This document shows, piece by piece, positions 22,186 to 32,579 of a DNA stretch of 64,000 bases. The first letter of the stretch is position 1. Each line of letters starts with the position of its first letter. Both the position numbers and the translations under genes were made by a program. Where the stretch lies: positions 41,529 through 105,528 of the forward strand of contig CAVOPG010000006.1 of the NCBI GenBank assembly GCA_963697835.1, read 5' to 3'. The notes under the pieces were generated by a model, which had not been told where the DNA came from, made no database searches, and was given only the letters and a program-made list of their open reading frames with translations. Source of the DNA: an uncultured Acidobacteriota bacterium. Its GTDB lineage: Bacteria > Acidobacteriota > Vicinamibacteria > Fen-336.

Positions 22186-23196
22186 GTGGCCCTCCTCCCC
22201 GCCGCGCGCGCCGCGGCCTTGCTGCGCTCGATGCGAGGCCGCCGCGTCTTCGTGCTCGGCGACGTGATGCTCGACGAGTTCGTGTGGGGACGAGTGTCCC
22301 GGATCTCGCCGGAGGCGCCGGTGCCGGTCGTCCAGGTGACGGGGCAGAGCTTCCACCTCGGCGGCGCGGGAAACGTGGCGGCCAACGTGCGCTCGCTGGG
22401 GGCCTCGGCCGTCCTCGCCGGGGTCGTGGGCAAGGACGCGGCGGGCGGGCGCGTGCGGGAGGCCCTCGCCGCCGCCGGCGTCGACTCGCGTCTCGTCGAG
22501 CTCGGCCGGGACAGGCCCACGACGGTGAAGACGCGCATCGTGGCCCACGGCCAGCAGGTGGTGCGGGCCGACCGCGAGGACGCGGCCGACGTGCCCGCGG
22601 GGGCGGAGGCGACGCTCGTCGAGTGGCTCCGCCGGGAGCTCGCCTCCTGCGGCGTCCTCGTCGTCTCGGACTACGAGAAGGGCGTCGTGACCGCTTCGCT
22701 CCTGAGACGCGTCCTGCCCCTCGCGCGGCGCCGCGGCGTGCCCGTCCTCGTGGACCCGAAGGTGCGCCACTTCCGCCTGTACCGCGGCGCGACTGTCGTG
22801 ACCCCGAACCAGGTGGAGACCGAGCAGGCAACCGGGCTGCGGCTCGACGTGCCCGCCCAGGTCGACGCGGCCGGGCGGCGCGTCCTGTCGCTCCTCGGCT
22901 GCCGCGCGGCCCTCGTGACGCGCGGCGAGCACGGCATGAGCCTCTTCGAGAGGGGTCGGCCCCCGCTGCACGTGCCCACCGCGGCGCGCGAGGTGTTCGA
23001 CGTGACGGGCGCGGGCGACACCGTCATCGCGACCATGGCCCTCGCCCTGGCCGCGGGGGCGAGCCTCGCCGAGGCGGCGGTCCTCGCCAACTGCGCCGCC
23101 GGGGTCGTCGTCGGGAAGGTCGGCACCGCGCAGGCGACCCCGGACGAGGTGCTCGCGGCGGCGCGCCTCGCCGCGGGCCGGCCCTCGCGGGCCTGA
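22186..23196 (+). CDS. D-glycero-beta-D-manno-heptose-7-phosphate kinase (RfaE domain I / HldA-type, PfkB family)
   Basis: RRVFVLGDVMLDEFVWGRVSRISPEAPVPVVQV..HLGGAGNVAANVRSLG..VVTPNQVE..DVTGAGDTVIATMALALAAG. Confidence 0.8.
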   Translation: MALLPAARAAALLRSMRGRRVFVLGDVMLDEFVWGRVSRISPEAPVPVVQVTGQSFHLGGAGNVAANVRSLGASAVLAGVVGKDAAGGRVREALAAAGVDSRLVELGRDRPTTVKTRIVAHGQQVVRADREDAADVPAGAEATLVEWLRRELASCGVLVVSDYEKGVVTASLLRRVLPLARRRGVPVLVDPKVRHFRLYRGATVVTPNQVETEQATGLRLDVPAQVDAAGRRVLSLLGCRAALVTRGEHGMSLFERGRPPLHVPTAAREVFDVTGAGDTVIATMALALAAGASLAEAAVLANCAAGVVVGKVGTAQATPDEVLAAARLAAGRPSRA

Positions 23197-23279
23197 ACGG
23201 AACGGCGAGGCTCCGCCGGCCTTCGTCGGCGGGACCGACCACGGCCCAAGATCGACTCGCGCTTCGTGCGGGTCGTGCT

Positions 23280-24849
23280 TCAGTGGCGGAAGTGGCGGAC
23301 GCCGCTGAAGACCATGGCGAGACCGTGCTCGTCCGCGGCGGCGATCGTCTCCTCGTCCCGCACCGAGCCGCCGGGCTGGATGATCGCGGTGGCCCCCGTC
23401 TTCGCGATCTCGTCGATCCCGTCGCGGAACGGGAAGAAGGCGTCGGAGGCGACCACCGTCCCCGCGAGGGGCAGGACCGCCTTCAGCGCGGCGATGCGGG
23501 CCGAGTCCACGCGGCTCATCTGCCCCGCCCCCACCCCCACCGTCTGGACCGCGTTCGCGTAGACGATCGCGTTCGACTTGACGTGCTTCACCACCGTCCA
23601 CGCGAAGAGGAGCGCCTTCCACTCCTCTTCCGACGGCGCGCGCTTCGTCACCACCTCGCAGCGCTCGCGCTCGAGGCGGTGCAGGTCCCACTGCTGGGCG
23701 AGGAGCCCCCCCATCACGCGCCGCAGGTCGAACCCGCCGGCCTTGTGGATGCCGGTGGTGTCCATGTTCATGACGCGCAGGTTCGCCTTCTTCCCCAGGG
23801 CCTTCAAGGCCTCGCCCTCGAAGCCGGGGGCGATCACCGCCTCGACGAACTGGCCGGTCACCTTCCTCGCGGTGGCGGCGTCGACCTTCTCGTTGAAGGC
23901 GATGATCCCGCCGAAGGCCGAGGTCGGGTCGCAGGCCCACGCGCGCTCGTAGGCCTCGAGCGGGCCCGCGCCGGTGCCGGTGCCGCAGGGGTTCGTGTGC
24001 TTGACGATCACGCAGGCCGGCTCGTCGATCTCGGTCACGAGCCGCCAGGCGGCGTCGAGGTCGAGGATGTTGTTGAACGAGAGCTCCTTGCCCTGCATCT
24101 TGCGCGCCGCCGCCACGGAGTAGAGCGGTCGAGCCGAGGTCGCTGTAGAAGGCCGCCCGCTGGTGCGGGTTCTCGCCGTAGCGCAGGTCCTGCACCTTCT
24201 CGAAGGTGAGGCCCAGGCGGTAGGGGAAGGTCTCGTCGATCTCGGCCGGCACGTAGGCCCCCTCGCGCTCCTCGACCTGCGCGAAGTAGCCGGCGATGGC
24301 CGCCTCGTAGCGACCGGTGTGGCGGAAGGCCTTCTGCGCGAAGAAGAGGCGGGTGGCCGCGTCGATGCCGCCCTCGCGGTCGAGCTGCTCGAGGAGGAGG
24401 CCGTAGTCGGCGGGGTCCACCACGACCGCGACGTGGCGGAAGTTCTTGGCCGCCGCCCGCACCATCGTCGGGCCGCCGACGTCCACGTTCTCGACCGCCT
24501 CGTCGAACGGGCAGCCCTTCGCCACCTTGTCCTCGAAGGGGTAGAGGTTCACGACCACCACGTCGATCGGGGCGATCCCGTGCTTCGCGAGGGCGGCCAG
24601 GTGCTCGGGGGCGTCGCGGCGCGCGAGGATGCCGCCGTGGATCGCCGGGTGCAGCGTCTTCACGCGGCCGTCGAGGATCTCCGGGAACCCGGTGGCCTTC
24701 GAGACGCCGGTCACCTTCACGCCCGCCTTCTCGAGCTCGGCCGCGGTGCCGCCGGTGGAGAGGATCTCGAAGCCGCGCTCCGCGAGGCCGCGGGCGAGGT
24801 CCACGATCCCCTCCTTGCGGTACACGGACAGGAGCGCTCTCTTGGTCAT
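23280..24849 (-). CDS. purH: Bifunctional AICAR transformylase/IMP cyclohydrolase; one frame break near 24125
   Basis: [48 protein letters not shown] plus [61 protein letters not shown]. Confidence 0.95.
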
Positions 24850-25645
24850 GGTGCCTCCGGTGCAGGGGGACGGCGATCGTCGGCGAGGCTGCCCCTCGGC
24901 GTCCTCGGGCCGCACCTCGCGGGCGCGCGGCGTGCGCGTCGTGTCGCCCCGCGCCTCGCGCCACACGGCGAGCCAGGTGGCGGCGGCGCCGGTGACCGCG
25001 CGGGAGTAGGCGAGCGAGGAGACCGCCCACGCGGGCGAGCGGTAGTCGAGGCGGCGGTGGTCCACGACCCGCCCGCCGCGGAAGAGCTCCGTCCGGATGA
25101 CCGGCGCCTGAGGCGCGGCTGCGCTCGAGGAGCGACTGCCAGAGCGCCGGCAGGTCCTTCCGGGTGAGCTTCAGCGCCTCCGGGTCGTCGAGCACGACCG
25201 GCATCCGGCCGAGGTTCGCGGCGAAGAGGGCGTAGTACTCGCGCGTGACGCCGGGCGGCCAGCCCTCCGGGCCGACCGCGAGGACGGGGTCGGAGAGGTC
25301 CGCGGGGATCCGCAGGAGCCCGCCCAGCCGCACCAGGCCCTGGCTGACCTGCCCGTCCTTCAGCAGCTCGATCACCCGATCGGCCTGCGCCTCGAGCGCG
25401 GCGACGGTCTCGGGCCGCAGCCGCCCGCCGGGCAGGTCCTCGGCCAGGGCGCGGGAGACGTCGGGCGGGAAGCGCCGCAGCTCGTCGAGGACCTCGGACT
25501 CCCGCTCGCCGAGCAGGCCGGCCAGGGAGCGCGGGAGGAGCTTGCGGGCGTCGCGCGAGAGCGCGGTCATGGTCTCGGCCGGCCAGGCCGCGGCCCACGG
25601 GGGAGCGAGGACCAGGAGCCGGACGGCGAGGAGCGCGCGCTTCAC
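24846..25645 (-). CDS. Hypothetical secreted protein; frame broken
   Basis: MKRALLAVRLLVLAPPWAAAWPAE signal, then LSRDARKLLPRSLAGLLGERESEVLDELRRFPPDV..YYALFAANLGRMPVVLDDPEALKL. The stop overlaps the purH ATG (ATGA). I recognised no family. Confidence 0.5.
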
Positions 25646-25649
25646 GGCC

Positions 25650-26240
25650 TCACTTCACGATCCGGGCCTTGAGCGAGACCTTGCCGTCCTTGGTCTCGAG
25701 CCGGAAGTCCACGGCCTGGGCGCCCTTCTCGGCCCGGATGCGCTCGGTCTGCTGGCTGATCAGGTCGCGGAAGCTCTCGAATACCGGCGCGCGCGTCTCG
25801 CCCGCCCGCCTCCGCTCCTCGACGAAGCGCTCGTAGAGCGCCCGCACCGCCGCGGTGTCGCGCGAGGGGTCGCCCACCCGGATCTCCCCGGCCGCGGGGG
25901 CCGCCGCGCTCGGCGGCGAGGCGGCGCCGCGGGGCCGGGCGGCGGCATCTGCTCGGCCCGCAGGCCGTGCTACCCCGAAGGCCTTGCCCTCCTCGCGGGC
26001 CCGCAGCCGCTTCTGCCAGAGCTCGTTGAAGGTCGTGAAGCGGGCGCTGAGGCCCTGGTAGCGGAAGCGCTCGCCGTTGTTGCGGATCTCGGTGTTGGCG
26101 TAGCGCCGGACCAGCGCCTCCACCTGGGTCTGCAGGTCCGTCGGCGGCTTCTTCTCCGCGCCGTTGAAGAAGAGGTCCCACTTCACCTGCAGCTGGCGGA
26201 GCGCGACGTCGAGGCGGTCGAGGTCTTCCTGGAGGGCCAC
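25650..26240 (-). CDS. MXAN_5187 C-terminal-domain-like protein (intact, 196 aa)
   Basis: LDRLDVALRQLQVKWDLFFNGAEKKPPTDLQTQVEALVRRYANTEIRNNGERFRYQGLSARFTTFNELWQKRLRAREEG. The family assignment is from memory of the motif and was not searched. Confidence 0.5.
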   Translation of the reverse strand: MALQEDLDRLDVALRQLQVKWDLFFNGAEKKPPTDLQTQVEALVRRYANTEIRNNGERFRYQGLSARFTTFNELWQKRLRAREEGKAFGVARPAGRADAAARPRGAASPPSAAAPAAGEIRVGDPSRDTAAVRALYERFVEERRRAGETRAPVFESFRDLISQQTERIRAEKGAQAVDFRLETKDGKVSLKARIVK

Positions 26241-26243
26241 GCG

Positions 26244-26654
26244 CTACGCCTCGCCGCCGACGAAGATCCAGAAGAGCGGCAGCCACAGCTCGTGGGCGTA
26301 GGGCACCTTCTTGCCGTCCACGAGCACCTCCGTGCCCGGGCCGCCCCCGGACGAGCTCGAAGAGGTCCCGCAGCGCGCGCGCCTCTCCCGCGTCGAAGGC
26401 CGCGTGGTGGACCGTTCCGTCCGGGCCCGCTCTCCTCGCGGTAGACGGGCGAGCGCCGCGCGAGCGGCCACCGCCCGCTCGTAGCCCGGCCCCTCGAACG
26501 CGCCGAAGGTGACACCGATGCGGAACGGCCGCGGCCGGCGGCCCGGGTAGAGCAGGTCGGCCATCTCGTCGGAGAGGTGCGAGATGTCCGTCTCTTCCTT
26601 CGGGACCACGCGGGGCAGGCGATCCGCGAAGTCCGGCGGGCGCTCCCGACCCAT
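26244..26654 (-). CDS. Hypothetical protein; frame broken
   Basis: ATG 26654: [67 protein letters not shown]. The tail reads [30 protein letters not shown]. Confidence 0.4.
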   Translation of the reverse strand: MGRERPPDFADRLPRVVPKEETDISHLSDEMADLLYPGRRPRPFRIGVTFGAFEGPGYERAVAARAALARLPRGERARTERSTTRPSTRERRARCGTSSSSSGGGPGTEVLVDGKKVPYAHELWLPLFWIFVGGEA

Positions 26655-26733
26655 AGGCGGGCAGGATACCACGCGGCACGCCGGGAACGAGGGCGCGGGC
26701 GGGCCCTCGGCGGGTGCGTGTATATTCGGCCGA

Positions 26734-28142
26734 ATGCCCCCGACGATCGGCGTCGACCCGCGGCGCCGCCTGCCGTCCGTCGACCAGGCGCTGCAGCGGC
26801 CCGAGCGTGCAGGCGCTCGTGGGGACCCACGGCCGCCCCGCGCGTCCTCCGGGCCCTCCGCGCCGGCGCTCGACGACCTGCGGCGGCGGCGACAGCGTCG
26901 TCGCCGGTCGGCCTCGACGAGGCGGTGTCGCGGCCTCGCCGGCGAGGTGGCGGCGCGGATCGAGGCGGCCGGCCGGCCCTCGCTCCGCCGCGTCCTCAAC
27001 GCGACCGGCGTCGTCGTGCACACGAACCTCGGCCGCGCGCCGCTCTCCCCCGAGGCCGCCGCGCGGGTGGCGGAGATCGCCTCGTCCTACTCGAACCTCG
27101 AGTACGACCTCGAGCGGGGCGAGCGCGGCGACCGCGAGGCGCACGCCGAGTCGCGCCTGCGCGAGCTGCTCTCGGTCGAGGCCACGGTCGTGGTCAACAA
27201 CTGCGCCGCCGCCGTCCTCCTCGCCGTCAACACCCTCGCCGAGGGACGCGAGGTGCTCGTGAGCCGCGGCGAGCTCGTCGAGATCGGGGGCTCCTTCCGC
27301 ATCCCCGACGTGCTCCGCAAGGGCGGCGCGCGGCTGCGCGAGGTCGGGACCACCAACCGGACCCGCCTGCGCCGACTTCGAGGCCGCGCTCTCCCCCGAG
27401 ACCGGGATGATCCTGAAGGTCCACCCCAGCAACTTCCGCATCGTGGGCTTCACCGAGCAGCCCTCGCTCGAGGAGCTGGCCGGGCTCGCGCGGGGCGCGG
27501 GGATCCCGCTCGTCGAGGACCAGGGCAGCGGCCTTCTCGAGGCGCTCCCGGGAGGCCTCGCCGCCGAGGCGACGGCGGTCCAGGCGCTGCGGGGCGGGGC
27601 CGACGTCGTGACCTTCAGCGGCGACAAGCTGCTCGGCGGCCCGCAGGCCGGCCTCGTCGCCGGCCGCCGGGCCTTCGTCGAGCCGATGCGCCGGAACCCG
27701 CTCTACCGCGCGCTGCGCGTCGACAAGATGACGCTCGCCGCGCTCGACGCGACGCTCGTCGAGCACGAGAGCGGGCGGGCGCGGGAGCGCGTGCCGGTCC
27801 TGCGCATGATCCACGCCCCGATCGGCGAGCTGCGGGCGCGGGCCGAGGCCTTCGCCCGCGCGCTCTCGGCCGCGGCTCCCGCCGCTGCGGCCGGCCCTCG
27901 TCGAGAGCGAGTCGGCGGTGGGCGGCGGTGCCGCGCCCACGGTCGGCGTGCCGACCGTGGCGGTCGCCCTCGACGCCGGCCCCGCCGGACCGGACCGCTT
28001 CGCCGCCGCTCTGCGCGCCGGCTCCCCGCCGGTCGTCGTGCGCGTCGCCGAGGACCGGCTCCTCGTGGATCTGCGCACCGTGCGCCCGGACGAGGAAGAC
28101 GCGCTCCTCGCCGCGCTCGCGCGGCCGCCGCGCCGCGGATGA
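26734..28142 (+). CDS. selA: L-seryl-tRNA(Sec) selenium transferase; frame broken about 3 times
   Basis: [60 protein letters not shown], the PLP-Lys region [16 protein letters not shown], and [17 protein letters not shown]. Confidence 0.85.
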
Positions 28143-29036
28143 GACGCCGGGCGCTCGCGCTCGGGCGCACTCCTCCTCGCCGCGGCGCCGCCTGGCACAC
28201 TCGCCGCGCAGGAGATCGTGCGGCGCGTCGGCCGGGTCACGTTCCGCGTCGACGCGTCGCAGGCCTTTCCCGGCGGCGTCGTCGTGGTCCGGCTCGGGTC
28301 GCGGGGCCGGCTGGGGGCCGCGTGGGCGCTCCTCGACGGACGCCGCGCCCCGTTCTACTCCGATCGCGGCGTGCCTCGGGCGCTGGTGCCGGTGGCGGCT
28401 TCCGCGGAGGCGGGCCCCGCCACCCTCGGCGTCGAGATCGCCGCGCGCGGAGGCGAGCAGCGCATCGCCATCCCGGTCACGATCGCGCCCCGGGACTACC
28501 GCCCCCGGTACGTCTTCCTGCCCGAGGAGAAGCGCGCGCTCCTCGGCCGGCCCGAGGCGGCGCACGACGGGCGGCGGCTGCTCGCGGCTCTCCGGACCGA
28601 GTCGACGGAGGCCGGCCCCCGGCCTTCTCCTGCCTCCGGTCGGAGCGACGGGCGGCGGCTTCGGCGAGCCGCGCACGCACACCGGCGCTTCGGAGGTCGA
28701 GAGCCGGATCGACGCCTTGCAGGGCGAGCGCCACCGCGGCCTCGACTACGCCGTGCCGGTGGGCACGCCCGTCCGCGCGCCCGCGGCGGGCAGCGTGCTC
28801 TTCGCAGGGCCGCTCTCGCTTTCCGGCGAGACGGTGGTGATCGACCACGGCCAGGGCGTCGTGAGCGTCCTCCAGCACCTCTCGCGGGTGGACGTACGCG
28901 CGGGCGAAGCGGTGGCCGCCACGGCGGTCGTCGGCCTCTCGGGCGACACCGGCCTCGCCCCCGAGCCGATGCTCGAGTGGCGGGTCTACCTCCACGGGTG
29001 GCGGTGGACCCGAACGTCCTCGGCCCGCTGCTCTGA
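28139..29036 (+). CDS. M23 family metallopeptidase; frame broken
   Basis: The ATG overlaps the selA stop (ATGA). [69 protein letters not shown]. Confidence 0.8.
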
Positions 29037-29040
29037 GGGG

Positions 29041-29094
29041 GTCAGATCTTGAATCTGCTGATGAAGCACGAGACGCCTCACGACAAGATCTGAC
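29041..29094. repeat. 11-bp perfect inverted repeat around a 32-nt lower-GC spacer, between convergent genes
   Basis: GTCAGATCTTG (29041-29051) pairs with CAAGATCTGAC (29084-29094). Confidence 0.4.
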
Positions 29095-29117
29095 TCCCGT
29101 GTCCCCCGTCTCCGGCC

Positions 29118-32100
29118 TCAGGGCTTCTTGACCGGGGCCTTCAGGACGATCTCGAGCGGGACGATCTCCCCGGCGCGGACGTTCACGGCGCCCCGGCCGG
29201 CCTCCTCACGGTTACCGGCCTCGACCTCCAGGAGGCCCGTCGGCGCGCCGATCTCGACGAAGCCGCTCGCATCCGTCAAACCCGACCCGCCCGGCATCAC
29301 GACCGGCAGGCCGCCGATCTTCTGCACCTCCGGGTAGACATCCTTGATCGGCCCGCCGTCGGCAGCCCGCACCCGCACGGCAATCCGTCCACCCGGTCGC
29401 AGGGCGAGAGTGACCAGCCCGTCGCCGGGAGTGGCGCCCCCCCGGACCGCCCAGCCGGGGAGGTCGCCGCCGGTCACGAGCGTGTAGGGCTGCGCCCCGA
29501 GGCCGTCGATCCGGAACGAGCCGTCGGCGAGCGTGTCGGCGTAGCCGCCGACCTCACCCGCGGCGTCGGCGGCCACGACCTGGAGCCCCGGAGCAGGCCG
29601 GCCGGCCGTGTCGACCACGCGGCCCCGCAGCTCAACGCCCCGCTCCATCTCCACCCGCACGTCCGAGAGGCCGTCCGGGCCGACGCTCAGCGGGAGAACC
29701 GTCTGCTTGCGGCCGTGGGCCTGCGCTTCCAGGCGGCAATCTCCCGGTTCGACCGAGACCGAGAAGCGCCCGTCCGGCCCTGTCTTCGAGCTCGACTGCC
29801 GGATCCACACGCTCGCGTCCGACACCGGGTCGCCGCCGTCCTTGTCGACGACCGTGCCGGAAACCTGCGTCTCCGCGATCTCGAGGTCCAGCTCGAAGCG
29901 ATCGACGTCCGGCACCGCCACCTCGCGGCCCGGGTACCTCTGGTCGCCGGCGCCGCTCTCGAGGCTGACCCTGGCCCGGCCGGCGGCGAAGACGATCAGC
30001 TCGTAGCGGCCGTCCTCCTGGGTCGTCGCCACCAGGAAGGGTGGACCGGGAGCCGACACGAGGGCGCGTGCGGCAGAGCTCATGGACAGGATCGTGGACG
30101 CGCCCTCGAGGCTCCGGAGGCTCACGCGTACGCCGGGGGCGGGCTGGCCGCCGCGGGTCACGCTCCCCGCCACCACGACGTCGCGCGCCGAGAAGTCGAC
30201 CGTGGCCGTCTCGCCGTCGAGCAGGACCACCTCGCGCGACGCGACGCCGGTGAGGGCGCCGGGAGCCGAGGGCGCCAGGAACTCGACTCGCGTCCGGCCC
30301 GCGCCGAGGTGGTCGAGCACGAACGATCCATCCGGCCCGACCGGGGACCGCGCGTCCACGATCCCCTCCGTCCCCGGCTCGAGGGCCGCGGCGCGGACCA
30401 GTCCGCCCGCGAACGGCCGGCCGTCGCGGTGCACGGCGCGGCCTTCGACACGTGCACCCCCGAGCAGCACGAGTCGGATCGCCGCGGTCTCCTTCCCGGG
30501 CTCCACCTCCGCGACCACGGGCTTCGCCGGGGCATACGCCGGGTGCGTCGCCCCGACGCTCAACCTGCCCGCCGGCACGCCGCGGATCTCGAACGCACCG
30601 GTCGAACCGGTCTGGTCGACGAGCTCCCCCGACTGCATGCTCAGGTCCCTCTCCGCGCTCACCGTGGCACCGGCGATGCCCTGGCCGTCGGCGTCCACCA
30701 CGGTGCCCCGGACGGCGCCGCCGCCCCGGAGCCGGAGGGTGCCGACCTCGGTCCTCTTGCCCGCAACGACCCGGACGCCCGCGATCGACGCTTCGCCTCG
30801 GTCGCTGGCCCGGGCCTGCACGACGTAGCCTCCGGCGGCGAGGTCGCGCAGCACGAAGCGGCCCTCACCCTCATCGGCAGCTGCGTACGCGCCGAGACCG
30901 CCGGCCTCGGCCCCGTCCGCCCGCTCGGCACTGAGGGTCGCGTCTTCGGCCGGCTGGCCCTCCGCGTCCACCACCCGGCCGGCGATCTCCCCTCCTGCCT
31001 CCATCACCAGGTCCACGGGGTCGCCACCCGCCTGGGCAGTGGCGTGCGCCGGGGCGAACCCGGACCGGGAGGCGATCAGCTGATAGGTCCCCGGCTTCAG
31101 CCCCGCGACGAGGTACGCGCCGTCGGCCTCGCTCGTGGCTTCGCCCTCGTGGCGCTCGACTGCTCGCCGCATGCTTGCGCGCACCGAGGCCCCTTCGATC
31201 CCGCTGCCTTCCCCGTCGCGCACGCGGCCGTGGATGACGAGGCCGGTCTCGAGAGCGACGTCGCCGAGGTCCACCGCCCGGCCCCTCGCGATCGTCGCCT
31301 CGAGCCTCCGCGTCGCGTGCCGCGGCGCGGAGACGCCGATCCCCAGCGTGCCGACGGGAAGGGGGCCGAGGGCGAACGTGCCGTCGGCCTTCGCGTCCGC
31401 GGCCATGCGGTCGCTCGCGGAAGACGGCAGCCCGTGCTCGTCGAATACCTCCACGCGCAGGCGGCCCGCCAGGGGGCGGCCGTCGGGATCGACGACACGC
31501 CCGGTGACGAAGCCGCCCTCGGACAGGAGGATCGACACGCTGGCCTCGGCCTCGGGCTCGACCACGACCGCGGCGATCCCGGGGGCCCGCCCGCCCTCGC
31601 GGGCCACCACCGTGTACTCGCCCGGCCGGACACCCGGCATCCGGAACTCGCCCCGCGCATCCGTGCGCTCGGCGGGCGGAATGCGCCAGGGCCGGTCGCC
31701 TTCGGCTTGCACAGACGCTCCCTTCACCGGACGACCGTCGTCGTCCCGCACGGTCCCGGCGAGGGTCGCGCCCGGGAAGAGGAAGAGCTCCACCGTCTCG
31801 CCCACGCGCGCTTCCCTCCGCGCCTCGTCGAACCCCGGCGCGCGCGCGACGAGCCCCACCGGCGCCCGGCCGATCCCGTCGATGCGGAAGCGACCCTTCG
31901 CGTCCGTCGTGGTCTCGTTGCGGGTCGCTTCGTCCTCCCAGCCGCCGGTCACGGGCAGGTTCCGGCTCACGGACACCCGGGCGCCCGCCACCGGCCGGCT
32001 CCCTCGCCCCTCGCGCACCACCCCCGTGATCGAGCCGCCCTTCTCCAGCCGCACGCCCAGCGGACCTGACGCAACGCGTCGGAGCGACTGCGTCACGAAG

Positions 32101-32462
32101 CCACGCGCGTGCACGGTGACGTTCCACGGCCCCGGCGGCAGCGATTCGAGCCTCGCCTTCCCCTCGCGGCCCGTCAGCGTCGAGCGGACCTTCTCCGGCG
32201 CGATCCCGCCGAACGGGCGATAGGCTCTCTGGACCGGCAAGGCCATCACGAAAGCACCCCCGACGGGCTTGCCGGCGCCATCTGTGACGGCTACGTCGAG
32301 GCTCGTGACCGGTGGGGGCGGGGCCTTCGGGGCTTTCCGCTCCGGCGCGCCTGCCTTGGCCGGCGCCGCCGGCTTCGCGGGCGGCTGAGCTTCCGCCGTC
32401 GCGGCGAGAGGGAGGAGAGCGGCGAGGACCGTGGCGCAGCCCCGCAGCAAGTGGCGGTTCAT
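29118..32462 (-). CDS. Secreted protein built from tandem carboxypeptidase-regulatory-like (CarboxypepD_reg) domains (intact, 1114 aa)
   Basis: Signal MNRHLLRGCATVLAALLPLAATAEAQ, then about a dozen ~85-aa repeats of the pattern G.V.D..G.P..GA.V......(T.T.DA.G.F.I.GL..G.Y.L.A...GF). Confidence 0.8.
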   Translation of the reverse strand: MNRHLLRGCATVLAALLPLAATAEAQPPAKPAAPAKAGAPERKAPKAPPPPVTSLDVAVTDGAGKPVGGAFVMALPVQRAYRPFGGIAPEKVRSTLTGREGKARLESLPPGPWNVTVHARGFVTQSLRRVASGPLGVRLEKGGSITGVVREGRGSRPVAGARVSVSRNLPVTGGWEDEATRNETTTDAKGRFRIDGIGRAPVGLVARAPGFDEARREARVGETVELFLFPGATLAGTVRDDDGRPVKGASVQAEGDRPWRIPPAERTDARGEFRMPGVRPGEYTVVAREGGRAPGIAAVVVEPEAEASVSILLSEGGFVTGRVVDPDGRPLAGRLRVEVFDEHGLPSSASDRMAADAKADGTFALGPLPVGTLGIGVSAPRHATRRLEATIARGRAVDLGDVALETGLVIHGRVRDGEGSGIEGASVRASMRRAVERHEGEATSEADGAYLVAGLKPGTYQLIASRSGFAPAHATAQAGGDPVDLVMEAGGEIAGRVVDAEGQPAEDATLSAERADGAEAGGLGAYAAADEGEGRFVLRDLAAGGYVVQARASDRGEASIAGVRVVAGKRTEVGTLRLRGGGAVRGTVVDADGQGIAGATVSAERDLSMQSGELVDQTGSTGAFEIRGVPAGRLSVGATHPAYAPAKPVVAEVEPGKETAAIRLVLLGGARVEGRAVHRDGRPFAGGLVRAAALEPGTEGIVDARSPVGPDGSFVLDHLGAGRTRVEFLAPSAPGALTGVASREVVLLDGETATVDFSARDVVVAGSVTRGGQPAPGVRVSLRSLEGASTILSMSSAARALVSAPGPPFLVATTQEDGRYELIVFAAGRARVSLESGAGDQRYPGREVAVPDVDRFELDLEIAETQVSGTVVDKDGGDPVSDASVWIRQSSSKTGPDGRFSVSVEPGDCRLEAQAHGRKQTVLPLSVGPDGLSDVRVEMERGVELRGRVVDTAGRPAPGLQVVAADAAGEVGGYADTLADGSFRIDGLGAQPYTLVTGGDLPGWAVRGGATPGDGLVTLALRPGGRIAVRVRAADGGPIKDVYPEVQKIGGLPVVMPGGSGLTDASGFVEIGAPTGLLEVEAGNREEAGRGAVNVRAGEIVPLEIVLKAPVKKP

Positions 32463-32579
32463 GGCGAGCCTCCGCAGCCGAAGTCTGGTCGCGGGCCCGA
32501 ACGGCTGTCAATGACCCTGATGATTCGAGCGACGGCGGATCCCTCGGGCGCCGTCCCGAAACCGGCCTCGGGACGACAG

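Noticed and set aside
21283-25065. A very long ORF of 1260 aa on the minus strand, plus many other long Arg/Pro/Ala-rich ORFs (e.g. 3760-5715 +, 53415-55451 +, 58822-60780 -, 43166-44869 -).
   Set aside because: These are alternative-frame or antisense read-throughs typical of very GC-rich DNA. Their products are low-complexity (R/P/G/A) and they overlap genes with clear conserved motifs on the other frame or strand.
26655-26733. A TATATT box 7 nt before the selA ATG, read as a leaderless-mRNA promoter. A similar TACAAT sits 9 nt before the TPR gene start at 7244.
   Set aside because: Neither has an acceptable -35 or extended -10 element at the right spacing. This is too weak to report as a feature.
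26734-29036. tRNA-Sec (selC) or a SECIS-containing selenoprotein gene near selA.
   Set aside because: No long-variable-arm tRNA with a TCA anticodon was seen. No conserved gene in the window requires an in-frame TGA.
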